In this document: positions 30,492-40,410 of the stretch, piece after piece
Position numbering within the stretch: position 1 is the stretch's first letter
How the letters are laid out: every line of letters starts with the position of its first letter
The notes under the pieces: model-generated
The model's input: only the letters and a program-made list of their open reading frames with translations
Databases searched by the model: none
What the model was told of the DNA's origin: nothing
Assembly (NCBI GenBank): GCA_965225945.1
Contig: CBDDBZ010000038.1
Coordinates: forward strand, 160,001-224,000
Reading direction: 5' to 3'
Source of the DNA: Alphaproteobacteria bacterium
GTDB lineage: Bacteria > Pseudomonadota > Alphaproteobacteria > GCA-2731375
Length of the DNA: 64,000 nucleotides
Translations under genes and position numbers: made by a program

Positions 30492-31847
30492 ATGCGATTC
30501 CTTCTCACAGCTGTCTTGGTATTTTTCACGCTCGGCGGCGCCGCGCAAGCGGAGACGTTTCTGGGTGAGTTGGATATTTTGCTGAACACGCACCCGCGTC
30601 TTCAGGCTTCCGGCGCGGCGATTCGTTCCTCGGAGTCCGGCGAGGGGATCGTCAGAAGCGGTTTTCTCCCCGTGCTGACGGTGACGGGGGATATCGGCGC
30701 CGAGGAGACGGACAGTCCGGCGACGCGGGCGGCGGGTGGCGATTTTGAGTCGGATCGTTATTCGAGCTCGGTGTTTCTGACCTTGAACGTGTTCGACGGC
30801 TTCCAGACCACGAGTGACTTGAGCGCGGCGCGTCAGGCGACGGGGGTCGCGGCCCAGTCGCACCGCGGCACGGTACAGACGGTGATCCTGGAGGCGGCGA
30901 CGAGCTATCTGGACGTGCTGCGGCAAGGCACGCTGGTGGCGCTTTCGCGGGCCAACGAGCAGACCATCCAGGAGCAGTTGTCGCTGGAGGACGAGCGGGT
31001 TCGGCTCGGCTCGGGGATCAAGGTCGACGTGTTGTTGGCGAAATCTCGGCTGCAGGTCTCGAAGGAGCGTCGGACGGCGTTCGAGACCTCGCGCGCGGAT
31101 GCCTTGAGCCGTTTCGAGCAGGTTTTCGGCCATCCGGCGGCGGCCGGCGCGTTGAAGCCGCCGGCGCTGCCGGAGGCGGCGTTGCCGGGGAGCCTGGGGA
31201 CGGCGCTGGAGCAGGTGACGTCGTCGCATCCCGCGGTGCTGACCAGCCAGCGCCAGATCGACCGGGCGAACGCGCTGAGGCGCTCGGCGAGGGGCGGTTT
31301 CTTCCCCAAGCTGGACCTGGTGGCCCAGCACAACGTGGAGGACGACGTCGACGGCGTGGTGGGGACGCGGCGCGACCACGCGGTGCTGGCGCGGGTGACC
31401 TGGGAGCTCTTCAGCGGCTTCAAGACCAAGTCGCGGGTCAGCCAAGCGGCGGCGGAATATTCGGCGGCGGTGGAGAATGCGCGTTTCGTCGACCGCGAAG
31501 CCCGCGAGGAGGTGGCGCTGGCGTGGCACCAGATGGGCAGCGCGGCGGCGCGGCGCGATCTGCTGGCCAACGCGGTGACGATCGCGGCCGAGGTCTTCGC
31601 GGCGCGGCAGAAGCTTCTGGAGGCGGGCCAGGAGACCCCGCTCAATGTGCTGGACGCGGAAAACGAGAAGCTGAACGCCTGCATCAACCTGGTGAACGCG
31701 GACTTCGAGCATCGGGTCTCGGTCTATCGGGTTCTGTTCACGGTGGGCCGTTTGGAGCGCGAGGTGGTGGGCACGGCGGGCGAGGTCGGCCCGAGCCTGG
31801 CGGAGAGCTTGCCGGAGAGCGCCGAGGCCTGCGGTTTCGCGAGTTAG
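30492..31847 (+). CDS. TolC-family type I secretion outer-membrane protein
   Basis: Signal peptide; two OEP repeats (FLPVL..., FFPKLDL..., VLDAENE). Confidence 0.88.
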   Translation: MRFLLTAVLVFFTLGGAAQAETFLGELDILLNTHPRLQASGAAIRSSESGEGIVRSGFLPVLTVTGDIGAEETDSPATRAAGGDFESDRYSSSVFLTLNVFDGFQTTSDLSAARQATGVAAQSHRGTVQTVILEAATSYLDVLRQGTLVALSRANEQTIQEQLSLEDERVRLGSGIKVDVLLAKSRLQVSKERRTAFETSRADALSRFEQVFGHPAAAGALKPPALPEAALPGSLGTALEQVTSSHPAVLTSQRQIDRANALRRSARGGFFPKLDLVAQHNVEDDVDGVVGTRRDHAVLARVTWELFSGFKTKSRVSQAAAEYSAAVENARFVDREAREEVALAWHQMGSAAARRDLLANAVTIAAEVFAARQKLLEAGQETPLNVLDAENEKLNACINLVNADFEHRVSVYRVLFTVGRLEREVVGTAGEVGPSLAESLPESAEACGFAS

Positions 31848-31966
31848 GGCCAAAACGCCCACTGGCACCCGAATGGGGGGTGACAAGCAATTCTTGATCG
31901 CGGATACTGAGACCCGATAGCCGTCCCCGCGCGGGCGGCGATGGTGGGTCCGAGGAGCCGGGTGGG

Positions 31967-33879
31967 ATGAGCCGAAGCGGAAACTTCGATCGGGGCGGCG
32001 CCATCGGCGTCGCGCCGGGGGCGGCGGAATATGCGCTCGTTCTGCAGGCCGGCTCGGCCCTCGACGGCAAGCTGGTGGTGCCGCTCGCCGATTTCCTGCT
32101 CGGGGCCGAGTTCACCCGATCGGGCATGAACCTGGAGATCCGGGGCCAGGACGGCACCCGGGTACTGATCCGGGACTATTTCCAACATGACGAGGTGGCG
32201 GACCTGTGGACGCCCGGGGGCGCGGTGCTCTCGGGCGAGCTGGTCGCGCGCCTGGCGGGCCCGGTGGCGGAAGGCTGGGCCCAGGCGGCGGGTTCGCCCG
32301 CGCGCCCGATCGGCGTCGTCGAGCAGGTGGTCGGCGAAGTGCGGGCGGAGCGGGCGGACGGCGCAAGCGTCTTGCTGACCGAGGGAAGCTCGGTCTTCCA
32401 GGGCGACGTGGTGACGACGGGGGCGGGCGCGCGGCTCGGCATCCGCTTCGCCGACGACACCGCCTTCGCGATGGAGGGCGACGGGCGGATGGTGCTGGAC
32501 GAGCTGGTCTACGACGCCGGCTCCGGGTCCGGCTCGGCCAGTTTCTCGATCCTGCAGGGCGCCTTCGTCTTCGTCACCGGCCAGATCGCCCTGAGCGATC
32601 CGGACCGTTTCGAGGTGAAGACGCCGCTGGCGACGATCGGCGTTCGGGGCACGGTGTTCGGCGGCGTCCTGGGCGAGCGGCTGGACGTCTATTTCGACGA
32701 CGGCTTCGGCTTCGTCGTGAACCAGGCGGGCCGACAGGATATCGACGAGGGCCAGAACCTGACGGTGCTGGCGGCCAATCAGTTGCCGAGCGTGCCGGTG
32801 GCGACGCCGCCGGGCCTGTTCGACCAGATCTTCACGCTCTCGCTGGGGGTCCTTCCGATCACGCCGTTCACGCCGCCGGGCCGACGCGGCGACATCCAGG
32901 ACGGCGATCAGCCCGACCAGCAGGAGGCCACCGCGCCGACCACGGGCTTCGTCGAGGCGACGACCGAGGCCGGTGACGCGACCGCGGGAGGGACGATCAT
33001 CCCGGTCGTAGTCCCTGTCATTCCGCCCCCGCCCCCGTAGTCCCTGTCATTCCGCCCCCGCCCCCTGTCATTCCGCCCCCGCCCCCTGTCATTCCGTCCC
33101 CGCCCGTAACCAACCAGGGCACGACGTCGGATCCCTTCGCCGGCACGGCCGGTCCCGACGAGATCACCGGTAGCGCCGGCGCCGACAACATCACCGGCCT
33201 TGGCGGCGACGACACCCTGACCGGCATTGCCGGCAACGATACCATCGACGGCGGTGCCGACAACGACTTCATCGACGGCGGCGGCGGCAACGACACCTTG
33301 GACGGCGGCGCGGGCAACGACGTGATCGTCGGCGGCACCGGCACCGACACCGCGATCTTCAGCGGCGGGCCGGCCGATTACACCTTTGCGTCTGCGTCGG
33401 GCAGCGTCATCGTCGAGGGCCCGGACGGCAGCGACACGCTGACCGGCGTCGAGTTTCTGGAGTTCACCGACGGGACCACCGCGGCGCTGATCAGCAGCGC
33501 GATCGAGCTCGCGGGTGGTGTCATCAACATCGCCATCGTGCTCGACACCTCGGGTAGTATGATCAGCAGCATCGGTTTCACCGACGTCGACGGCAACACC
33601 GCCTCGGTGCAACGTATCGTGGCGTTGAAGAACTCGACCATCGCCACGCTGACGGATCTGGCGAATTCGGGGGCGGAGGATGTCCGCGTCAACATCGTCG
33701 AATTCAACTCGTCCGCGTTGGTCCTGGGCACCTTCGACCTGATCAGTGGCGGTACGCCGAGCACGGGCCCGGGCAGCCAACTAGAGGCGGCTATCAATGC
33801 CGTCAACGGCCTCAACGCCAGCGGCGGCACCAACTTCACGGCAGGTTTGACTGCGGCCGAGGAATTTATCGGTTCTGCG
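31967..33879 (+). pseudogene. FecR-like + RTX Ca-binding + vWA T1SS substrate, frameshifted near 33035 and truncated by IS4
   Basis: TPLATIGVRGT; GGxGND nonapeptides at 33140-33350; VLDTSGSM MIDAS motif and GGTNF. Confidence 0.82.
33013..33104 (+). repeat. Four ~21-bp tandem repeats encoding PVIPPPP
   Basis: Unit CCTGTCATTCCGCCCCCGCCC. Confidence 0.85.
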
Positions 33880-34846
33880 CACAGTACACGACTCGTTCAT
33901 GCTGGCTTTGGCCTGGGCACCTGGACTGGTGGTTTTCCGGGGACGAGGAAACGAATCAGCTCAATGGCTTGACGCCTGTCGATAGGATTGACGAGCTGTC
34001 GCCTTATCCACTCGAAACCGTATCGGAAGATGGATTTTGCCATCCTTTTGTGGGTTTTGAGGCGGATCGGCTCGGCCTCGTGGAGCCAATCGCCGACTTT
34101 GTGCGCCCAGCAGAAGGTGATGGAAAGGACGGCGGTGAGCTTGGAGATGCGCTCCGGGTCGGTCATGTGGGTGTCTTCGAGGTTGAAGCCACGGGTTTTC
34201 AAGGCGGCGAAGAGGGTCTTGATTTGCCAGCGCTGGGCGTAGATGGCCAAGGCCTCCTCGGGCGCGTCGTTGGTCACGACGATCAACAGTTCGCCGGTCT
34301 TGAGATGGAGCGCGGCGACGAAGACGGGCCTGGCCTTGGGTTTTCTGGCCTCCGAGAGGCGCCTGGCGTTGGAGAGGATGCGGCTTTCCCCGGGTTTGAG
34401 GTCGCGAAACAGCTCCCTCGCCTTGACCATGCGACCACGCGTGTTGGCGATCTTGATGTTGGATCGGATGCGGATGTGAAAGGGGATGGCCTTTTCCTGC
34501 AACCATGCCAGCCAGGCGTCGCCGATGAATTCCCGGTCGGCCAGGAGGCTGGCGATCTTGTCGACCCCGAAGAGCCGGAGGACGTGTTCGAGGATCGCGA
34601 TCCGCTCCTTGGTATTGGAATTGCCCGCCTTGTCGAGCACCCGCCAGCACACGGGAATGGCGATGGCGCGGTTGACGATGCCGATCATCAAGATGTTGTA
34701 ACTACCCAGGTACCCCGCTCCTGACCGCGAGAGGATGATGTAGGTGGTCGCCGGGGCCGGGTTTCCGCCGCCGCGTCGTTGATCGTCTCTTGACTCCATA
34801 GAATCGGGCGTCTATGGGTTGCGCTCTCGTGTGACGGGAGCGGCGC

Positions 34847-35512
34847 GTGGAATATTTTGGGTCGAAGGCGACGAGCGGTCTGTGCCAGGCGCTGATTGCG
34901 CTGATGCCGCCGCACAGCGTTTACATCGAGAGCCACCTGGGGGGCGGTGCGCTGATGAAGCGCAAGCCAACGGGCGTGCGCTCGATCGGCATCGACCGCG
35001 ATGCGCAGGCGCTCGAGGCCTTTGCCTGTGACTACCCGGTCGAGTTGGTGCATGGCTGTGCCCATGCCTTTTTGGCCTCGTTCCCGTTTCTGGGCCCGGA
35101 GCTGGTCTACAGCGATCCCCCCTATCTGCACGCGACCCGCCGTTCGGCACGGCGCTATCGCTTCGACTACGAGGAGGTCGACCATGTCGCGCTCCTGGAC
35201 CTGCTCAAGGATCTGCCCTGCCAGGTGATGGTCTCGGGCCATCCCTCGGCGCTCTATGACGAGATGCTGGCGGGCTGGCGCAGTCTGGCGCTGCAGGTGA
35301 CGACCCAGGCCCAGGTGCGGACCGAGGTCGTGTGGTTCAACTTCGCGCCCGACCGGGTGCATTGGGCGAGCTACGCAGGCCGGAACTTCACCGACCGCCA
35401 GCGCATCAAGCGTAAGGCGGCCAACTGGGGCCGGCGTTACAAGGCCTTGCCGGCGGGCGAACGCCTCGCGGTGCTGGCCGCCATGATGGCCGTCGATGCC
35501 GAGGACCCGTGA
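34847..35512 (+). CDS. DNA adenine methyltransferase
   Basis: Protein identical to 11182-11847. Confidence 0.85.
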   Translation: MEYFGSKATSGLCQALIALMPPHSVYIESHLGGGALMKRKPTGVRSIGIDRDAQALEAFACDYPVELVHGCAHAFLASFPFLGPELVYSDPPYLHATRRSARRYRFDYEEVDHVALLDLLKDLPCQVMVSGHPSALYDEMLAGWRSLALQVTTQAQVRTEVVWFNFAPDRVHWASYAGRNFTDRQRIKRKAANWGRRYKALPAGERLAVLAAMMAVDAEDP

Positions 35513-37047
35513 CGCTGTCGCGCTGGCACGAGGACCTCGCCGCCCATGACGAGGCCTTCGCGTGCCTGCAAGATCTTCTTGACCCCTCATCCTTCGCAAT
35601 CACAGTCGTCAAGGCCTTCCGGGAATGGGGCCAGGGGCTGTTGCGCCTGGCCACGGCGCTCGTCCGGGAGAATGCCGCGCTCGAGCGGGAGAACGCGACC
35701 CTGCGGGACCGCATCGCCGAGCTCGAGCGGAGCGCGGCGCTTGACAGCACCACCAGCAGCAAGCCGCCCGCCAGCGACGGCCTGCGCAAGAAGAGCGGAA
35801 CCCAGAGGCGCACCCGAAGCCAGCGCGGCAAGTCCGGCAGGCCAAGCGGCGGCCAGCCGGGCCACAAGGGAACGACGCTGGCGCGGACCGAGAGCCCGGA
35901 CCATGTTGTGGATCATGACCCCTCCGCCTGTTCGGGCTGCGGCGCACCGCTGTCGGACGCCGACCGTCACCGCGCGCCCGTCTGTCGACAGGTCTTCGAT
36001 GTGCCCGAGCCACGCCCCCTGGAGGTCACCGAACACCGCGCCCATCGCTGCCTCTGCGGCGCCTGCGCCACCGTGACAGGAGCCGTCTTCCCGGACGGCG
36101 TGACCGCCCCGGTCCAGTACGGGCCACGCATCACCGCCTGGGTGAGCTACCTGCTGTACGCCCAGTTCGTTCCCGAGAAGCGCTTGGCCGAACTCATGAG
36201 CGACCTCTTCGCAGTGTCCATCTCCACAGCCACGATCACCGCCATGGGCCGGCGAATCGCCAGGCGCTTCGAGCCCTTCCTCGCCCATGTCGCAGACGTG
36301 ATCCGCACAGCGGTCCCGGTCAAGCACCTCGACGAAACCGGCCTGCGGATCGCCGCCCGTACCCGCTGGCTCCACGTGCTGTGCACCCCATTCCTGACCG
36401 TCCTGCGCATCGGCGCGGGACGCGGCGATGTCGAAAAGGACCTCGAAGGCATCCTCATCCATGACGATTACGCCGCCTACTTCACCCTCAAGGGCGTGCG
36501 CCACGGCGCCTGCAACGCCCATCACCTGCGCGAACTCCAGGCCCTGATCGACATCGAGAAGGAAGACTGGGCAAAGAGCATGCACCGCCTCCTTGAGCGC
36601 GCACACAGGGCTACCCGCTTCTCCCGTGAGAACGGCCGCGACGTGCCCGCCTCCCTGGTGGCCCGGATCTCGCGGGCCTGGGCCCGCATCCTCGACCACG
36701 CCATCGCCTTCCACGAGGCGCAGCCGCCGCTCCGGACCGGCAAGCGCGGACGAAAGAAACGCCGCATCGGTCATAACCTCGCGCTCCGCCTCCGCAAGCA
36801 CAAGGAGGGATGCCTGCGATTCCTCACCGACCCGCGCACGCCGTTTACGAACAATGAGGCCGAACGTGACCTCCGAATGGCCAAGCTGCGCCAGAAGATC
36901 TCCGGTGGCTTCCGCTCCGAGAGGGGTGCCTACAACTTCGCCAGAATGCGTGCCGTCATCGCCACCGCCCGAAAGCAAGGCTGGAACGTCCTCCAGACCC
37001 TGGTGCATCCCGATCCGATGCAACTAATCCCCCAACTGCGCCTCTGA
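35509..37047 (+). CDS. IS66 transposase
   Basis: Protein identical to 11844-13382. Confidence 0.95.
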   Translation: MTLSRWHEDLAAHDEAFACLQDLLDPSSFAITVVKAFREWGQGLLRLATALVRENAALERENATLRDRIAELERSAALDSTTSSKPPASDGLRKKSGTQRRTRSQRGKSGRPSGGQPGHKGTTLARTESPDHVVDHDPSACSGCGAPLSDADRHRAPVCRQVFDVPEPRPLEVTEHRAHRCLCGACATVTGAVFPDGVTAPVQYGPRITAWVSYLLYAQFVPEKRLAELMSDLFAVSISTATITAMGRRIARRFEPFLAHVADVIRTAVPVKHLDETGLRIAARTRWLHVLCTPFLTVLRIGAGRGDVEKDLEGILIHDDYAAYFTLKGVRHGACNAHHLRELQALIDIEKEDWAKSMHRLLERAHRATRFSRENGRDVPASLVARISRAWARILDHAIAFHEAQPPLRTGKRGRKKRRIGHNLALRLRKHKEGCLRFLTDPRTPFTNNEAERDLRMAKLRQKISGGFRSERGAYNFARMRAVIATARKQGWNVLQTLVHPDPMQLIPQLRL

Positions 37048-37554
37048 GAACACCGGCACCGCTACCAGCCCGGACCCCCACGATCCCTCACATACAAACG
37101 CTCGGGCCAATCAGACCTGGGTAGTTACAAGATGTTGACGTCGCGGCGACCCAGCCGCCAGTTGGTCCGGTCCATGGTCAGCCGCCACGGCCCCGCCTGG
37201 AGCCCCATCATCGCGACCAGGAACTCGGCGAGGCGATCGTAATCGAAATCGACTTGCTCGAAAAACCGTTGCAGGCGCCGATAGTTGGAGCTGGATCGCG
37301 CGCGCCCCGGAAAGTGGCAGGCCAAGTGAGAGAGGTTCACCGTCCGGGCGACGAACACGCCGAAGACCAAGACGCAAAGGCTCTCCAGACGGCTCTTGCG
37401 AAAGGCGAAGCCGCATCGTAGCGTCTCACGCAGGGCGTTGATCGGGTTGTCGCGCATGATTTCCCTCTTGACTCGTCGTGGAGTGAATCGGGAATCCTAC
37501 ACCCTTTTCAACGTCCTACGTAAATGCCGTCGTGTACCATGGTCGGCGGGTCAA

Positions 37555-37720
37555 GTTCCCTGTTATGCAGGGAAATTACAGGGAAAATTGCCGAATTTGG
37601 CCGATATCGGCGGAATCGAGGCCTCAATCGCCGCAGTTTTCTGCCGTTCTTGATGCGATTTCCCTAACCACCCGAACAGGGAATTATGTCGCCGTATCAG
37701 GGAAACAGCAGGGAATTTGT
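37555..37720. repeat. Cluster of direct and inverted CAGGGAA motifs
   Basis: TTCCCTG, CAGGGAA x2, TTCCCT, CAGGGAA x3. Confidence 0.7.
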
Positions 37721-37732
37721 CCTTGCACGGCC

Positions 37733-37877
37733 AACAGGTGATTTTACCCGCTCAGCGCCTTCCGGTCCCTGCTCGGAATCGCTGGCGATGTCACCGCTCC
37801 CACTTCCGCGGAGCTTTACTCGGGCGATTGGGAGCACCCTAAATGTCGTGGGTGTGGGTGAAAACCGGAGAGGCACG
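37733..37877 (+). mobile_element. Solo right-end remnant of a related IS1595
   Basis: Translates to NR*FYPLSAFRSLLGIAGDVTAPTSAELYSGDWEHPKCRGCG*; ends GGGTGTGGGTGAAAACCGGAGAGGCACG. Confidence 0.8.
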
Positions 37878-38256
37878 CCTCAAGATTTGGATGCGCTCTC
37901 GCCACTGTCACCAAATACGCGGCGGGCCGTCAGTATTGATCTGTAGATGCCGTCGAGCCGCTCGTCAGCAACGATTTTAACGGAACCGGTATAGCAGAGA
38001 TTGTCCATTAATATGCGAACCAAGCTGCGGCGATTTTCCATCGTCTCGTCATCCGACAACATGGTTTTGGTAGATAGCGTCGTATCGCTTAGGGAGTTTC
38101 CTGGTGTCGGGTGCATTGTCCGTGTCCTCGGGCGGCTGTCCGATTGCCTCGTGGTGACTTGTAAATGGTTGGTCCGCACCAACCAGCAAGTGATCGCGGT
38201 CACGTCACATGCCGCGACGACCGCCCCTAGCAAGGCGCCGACCCCCCCCCAGCGGT

Positions 38257-38490
38257 TGTAATCGGCGGAGCAAAAATACACCACTGAGGCGGCCGGGTTG
38301 TCTGGCTGCGGGCGGAGAGAAAATCCGCCACTGGGTAGCCTTTCATCGTCTGGATGGAAGGCTGGAGGATGTACTCAGTGGACCTTTACCTGAAGATCCG
38401 GCTTGCGTGTCGGCATGACGGCCTGAGCGGGCGTGAGGCGGCCCGCCAATTTGGGGTTGATCGGAGGACGGTGGCGAAGATCCTGGCGAA
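38257..38490 (+). mobile_element. IS21 left end with an istA N-terminal fragment
   Basis: TGTAATCGGCGGAGCAAAAATACACCA; MYSVDLYLKIRLA...AARQFGVDRRTVAKIL from 38369. Confidence 0.75.
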
Positions 38491-38502
38491 AAAGGGTGTG
38501 CT

Positions 38503-38913
38503 GTGAGATGGACGACTTTCACCCGCGCATTCAATGATGCGGGATACCCGACCGAGAATGCGCGAGGCCTTTGGGCCGCGATTACAGAGGACGGTTGGCC
38601 AATAATCACCGTCTGGGCAGAGCGCGCGCGCAGAGAAGGGGATCAATTCGTCCTCGTCGATGATCGCGGAGCAGACCATCCGTCGCGCGAGGCCAGGGGC
38701 TGGGCCAGAAAGGCGAAGGCGCTGCAGTGGGCAGTCGATGAAAGGGACGGCGAATGTCGCGTGGTCTACGTTTATGGAGAGCCAGGCGGGATAGATCGCC
38801 CCGGCAAACCAGAAGGTGCGACCTACAAAGGCGTATGGCGCGTGACGTATTACGATCCGGCATCCGGCGCACATCGGATCGAGAGTGTGGACCTCCAGGG
38901 AAAGTGTTTGTAG
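38503..38913 (+). CDS. Hypothetical protein
   Basis: 136-aa ORF with globular composition, co-oriented with the nuclease gene. Confidence 0.5.
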   Translation: MRWTTFTRAFNDAGYPTENARGLWAAITEDGWPIITVWAERARREGDQFVLVDDRGADHPSREARGWARKAKALQWAVDERDGECRVVYVYGEPGGIDRPGKPEGATYKGVWRVTYYDPASGAHRIESVDLQGKCL

Positions 38914-38931
38914 GGCCTCGCGTATTGCGCC

Positions 38932-39249
38932 ATGGTCGAAGCCAACGCGGACAGCATCGCCGCCGAGGCGGCCGAGCTGCATGGCCTTGACCTGTCGGCC
39001 TCCCGTCCGGCTCTCGTGGTCGCCGCGCCCGACGACTACTGGGCCGGGTACCTGGGCCACCCGAGGGCCGGACGGTGGCTCCTGGCCCTCCGGAGCTTGA
39101 TTGCGGGCCTATCCGACGCGTTGAGCATGGAGGCGCACCTCGTCGCGTTGCAGGATGCTGACTTCGAGATGGGCCTCGGCGGCCAGCCCGCCCGACTCAC
39201 CGGCGAGTGTCGGCTACTGTCGGTCGACCAGCTGCTGGACAGCCGCTGA
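38932..39249 (+). CDS. Hypothetical protein, possibly a C-terminal fragment
   Basis: Stop overlaps the next ATG (TGATG). Confidence 0.4.
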   Translation: MVEANADSIAAEAAELHGLDLSASRPALVVAAPDDYWAGYLGHPRAGRWLLALRSLIAGLSDALSMEAHLVALQDADFEMGLGGQPARLTGECRLLSVDQLLDSR

Positions 39250-40280
39250 TGTCCTCGGACCACAGCAGCTATGTTTCGGCTGTCGTCGCCCGGCTGTGGG
39301 ACTACGCGGGGCGTGAGTTCGGCGACCAGCCAGAGCTGCTGGAGTCGGCCGAGCCGTCGCCGACCCGCCCGCCAGTGTTCGCCGCCGGCGCCGCCGAGCA
39401 CAACCTCCTGTATCCGTCGGACGCCCTGGCTGAGGTCCGGCGGGCGATCGTCGACGCCATACCCCGGGCCGAGCGACACCGCCACTTCGCCAGCATGCGT
39501 AGCTCGCAGGCTCTGGCGCAAAGCGTCTTCGGATCGCTCGTGGCGCTCGGCAAGGTGGGCATGCTGGCTGGCCTGACCACGGACGACGGGCTGCCGGCGT
39601 TCTTCGACGACGTGGCGCGGAGTCACGTCCAGATGGAATACGCCGTCGGTCATCTTGGCGAACCGAGGCCTACCCAGTTGGACGTGTGGTTCAAGGGGGA
39701 GCGTCGGGTCGCGGTCGAGTGCAAGTTCACCGAGCCGGAGTTCAATCGGTGCTCCCGACCCACCATGCGGCCGGGCCGTGACAAGAACTACGAGCGCGAC
39801 CACTGCGACGGCACCTATACCCGCCAGCGCGGGCGGCGGGCGCGCTGCTCGCTGACCGAGATCGACGTCCGGTACTGGCAGCACCTGCCGGAGCTGTTCG
39901 ACTGGCCTCCGGACCGGGACATGAGCCCGTGCCCGCTGCGCGGCACCTACCAGCTGGCCCGAAACGTCCTCGCCGCCTGCGTCCGGCCAGACGGGACGGT
40001 CGACGTCGGGGGCGGCCATGCCCTGGTCGTGTACGACGACCGCAACCCGGCCTTCCGGACCGGGGGCGAGGCCGAACAGCAGCGGTCGGCGGCGATCCAT
40101 GGGCTGGCCCATGCCGGTCTGTTGCGCCGCTGCTCCTGGCAGAGGCTCGCAGGGCACATCGTTCGGGCGTCTGGACTGAGTTGGCTTGTCGATGGGCTCG
40201 CAGCCAAATATGGGATCGAGCCATGTCGGGAGTTGGGGGTACAGTCCCCGTCAAGCAGACATGGTCCCCAGGCTCACTGA
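39249..40280 (+). CDS. PD-(D/E)XK restriction-endonuclease-like protein (PGN_0703-like)
   Basis: SSQAL, TQLDV, VECKFTE and YQLARN. Confidence 0.7.
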   Translation: MSSDHSSYVSAVVARLWDYAGREFGDQPELLESAEPSPTRPPVFAAGAAEHNLLYPSDALAEVRRAIVDAIPRAERHRHFASMRSSQALAQSVFGSLVALGKVGMLAGLTTDDGLPAFFDDVARSHVQMEYAVGHLGEPRPTQLDVWFKGERRVAVECKFTEPEFNRCSRPTMRPGRDKNYERDHCDGTYTRQRGRRARCSLTEIDVRYWQHLPELFDWPPDRDMSPCPLRGTYQLARNVLAACVRPDGTVDVGGGHALVVYDDRNPAFRTGGEAEQQRSAAIHGLAHAGLLRRCSWQRLAGHIVRASGLSWLVDGLAAKYGIEPCRELGVQSPSSRHGPQAH

Positions 40281-40410
40281 TAGCCATAGAACGAAACCGC
40301 TTTCAGCGGTAGTTCGTGGTGCCGGGCGGTGAGGTCGGTGGCGTAACGGATGGGTCGATCCTGTGTTGAGGTTTGGAGTTCCGAAGCTCACGCAACACGG
40401 GAGCAGACCC

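Larger units (their letters stand above)
34698..37128 (+). mobile_element. IS66-family element with methyltransferase, copy 2
   Basis: TIR GTAACTACCCAGGT; TSD AAGATGTT at 34690-34697 and 37129-37136. Confidence 0.93.
33880..37541 (-). mobile_element. IS4-family element copy 2, interrupted by IS66
   Basis: Same TIRs and sequence as 10883-14544; transposase split at DVNI|LMIG. Confidence 0.88.

Noticed and set aside
33013-33104. Possible CRISPR array
   Set aside because: Tandem coding repeats without unique spacers; no array seen anywhere in the window
10883-37541. One large composite transposon bounded by the two IS4 copies
   Set aside because: Outer flanks (ATCCAAGCC / GTCGGCGGG) share no TSD
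37880-38284. 134-aa minus-strand ORF
   Set aside because: Starts within the IS21 end and has no recognisable motif
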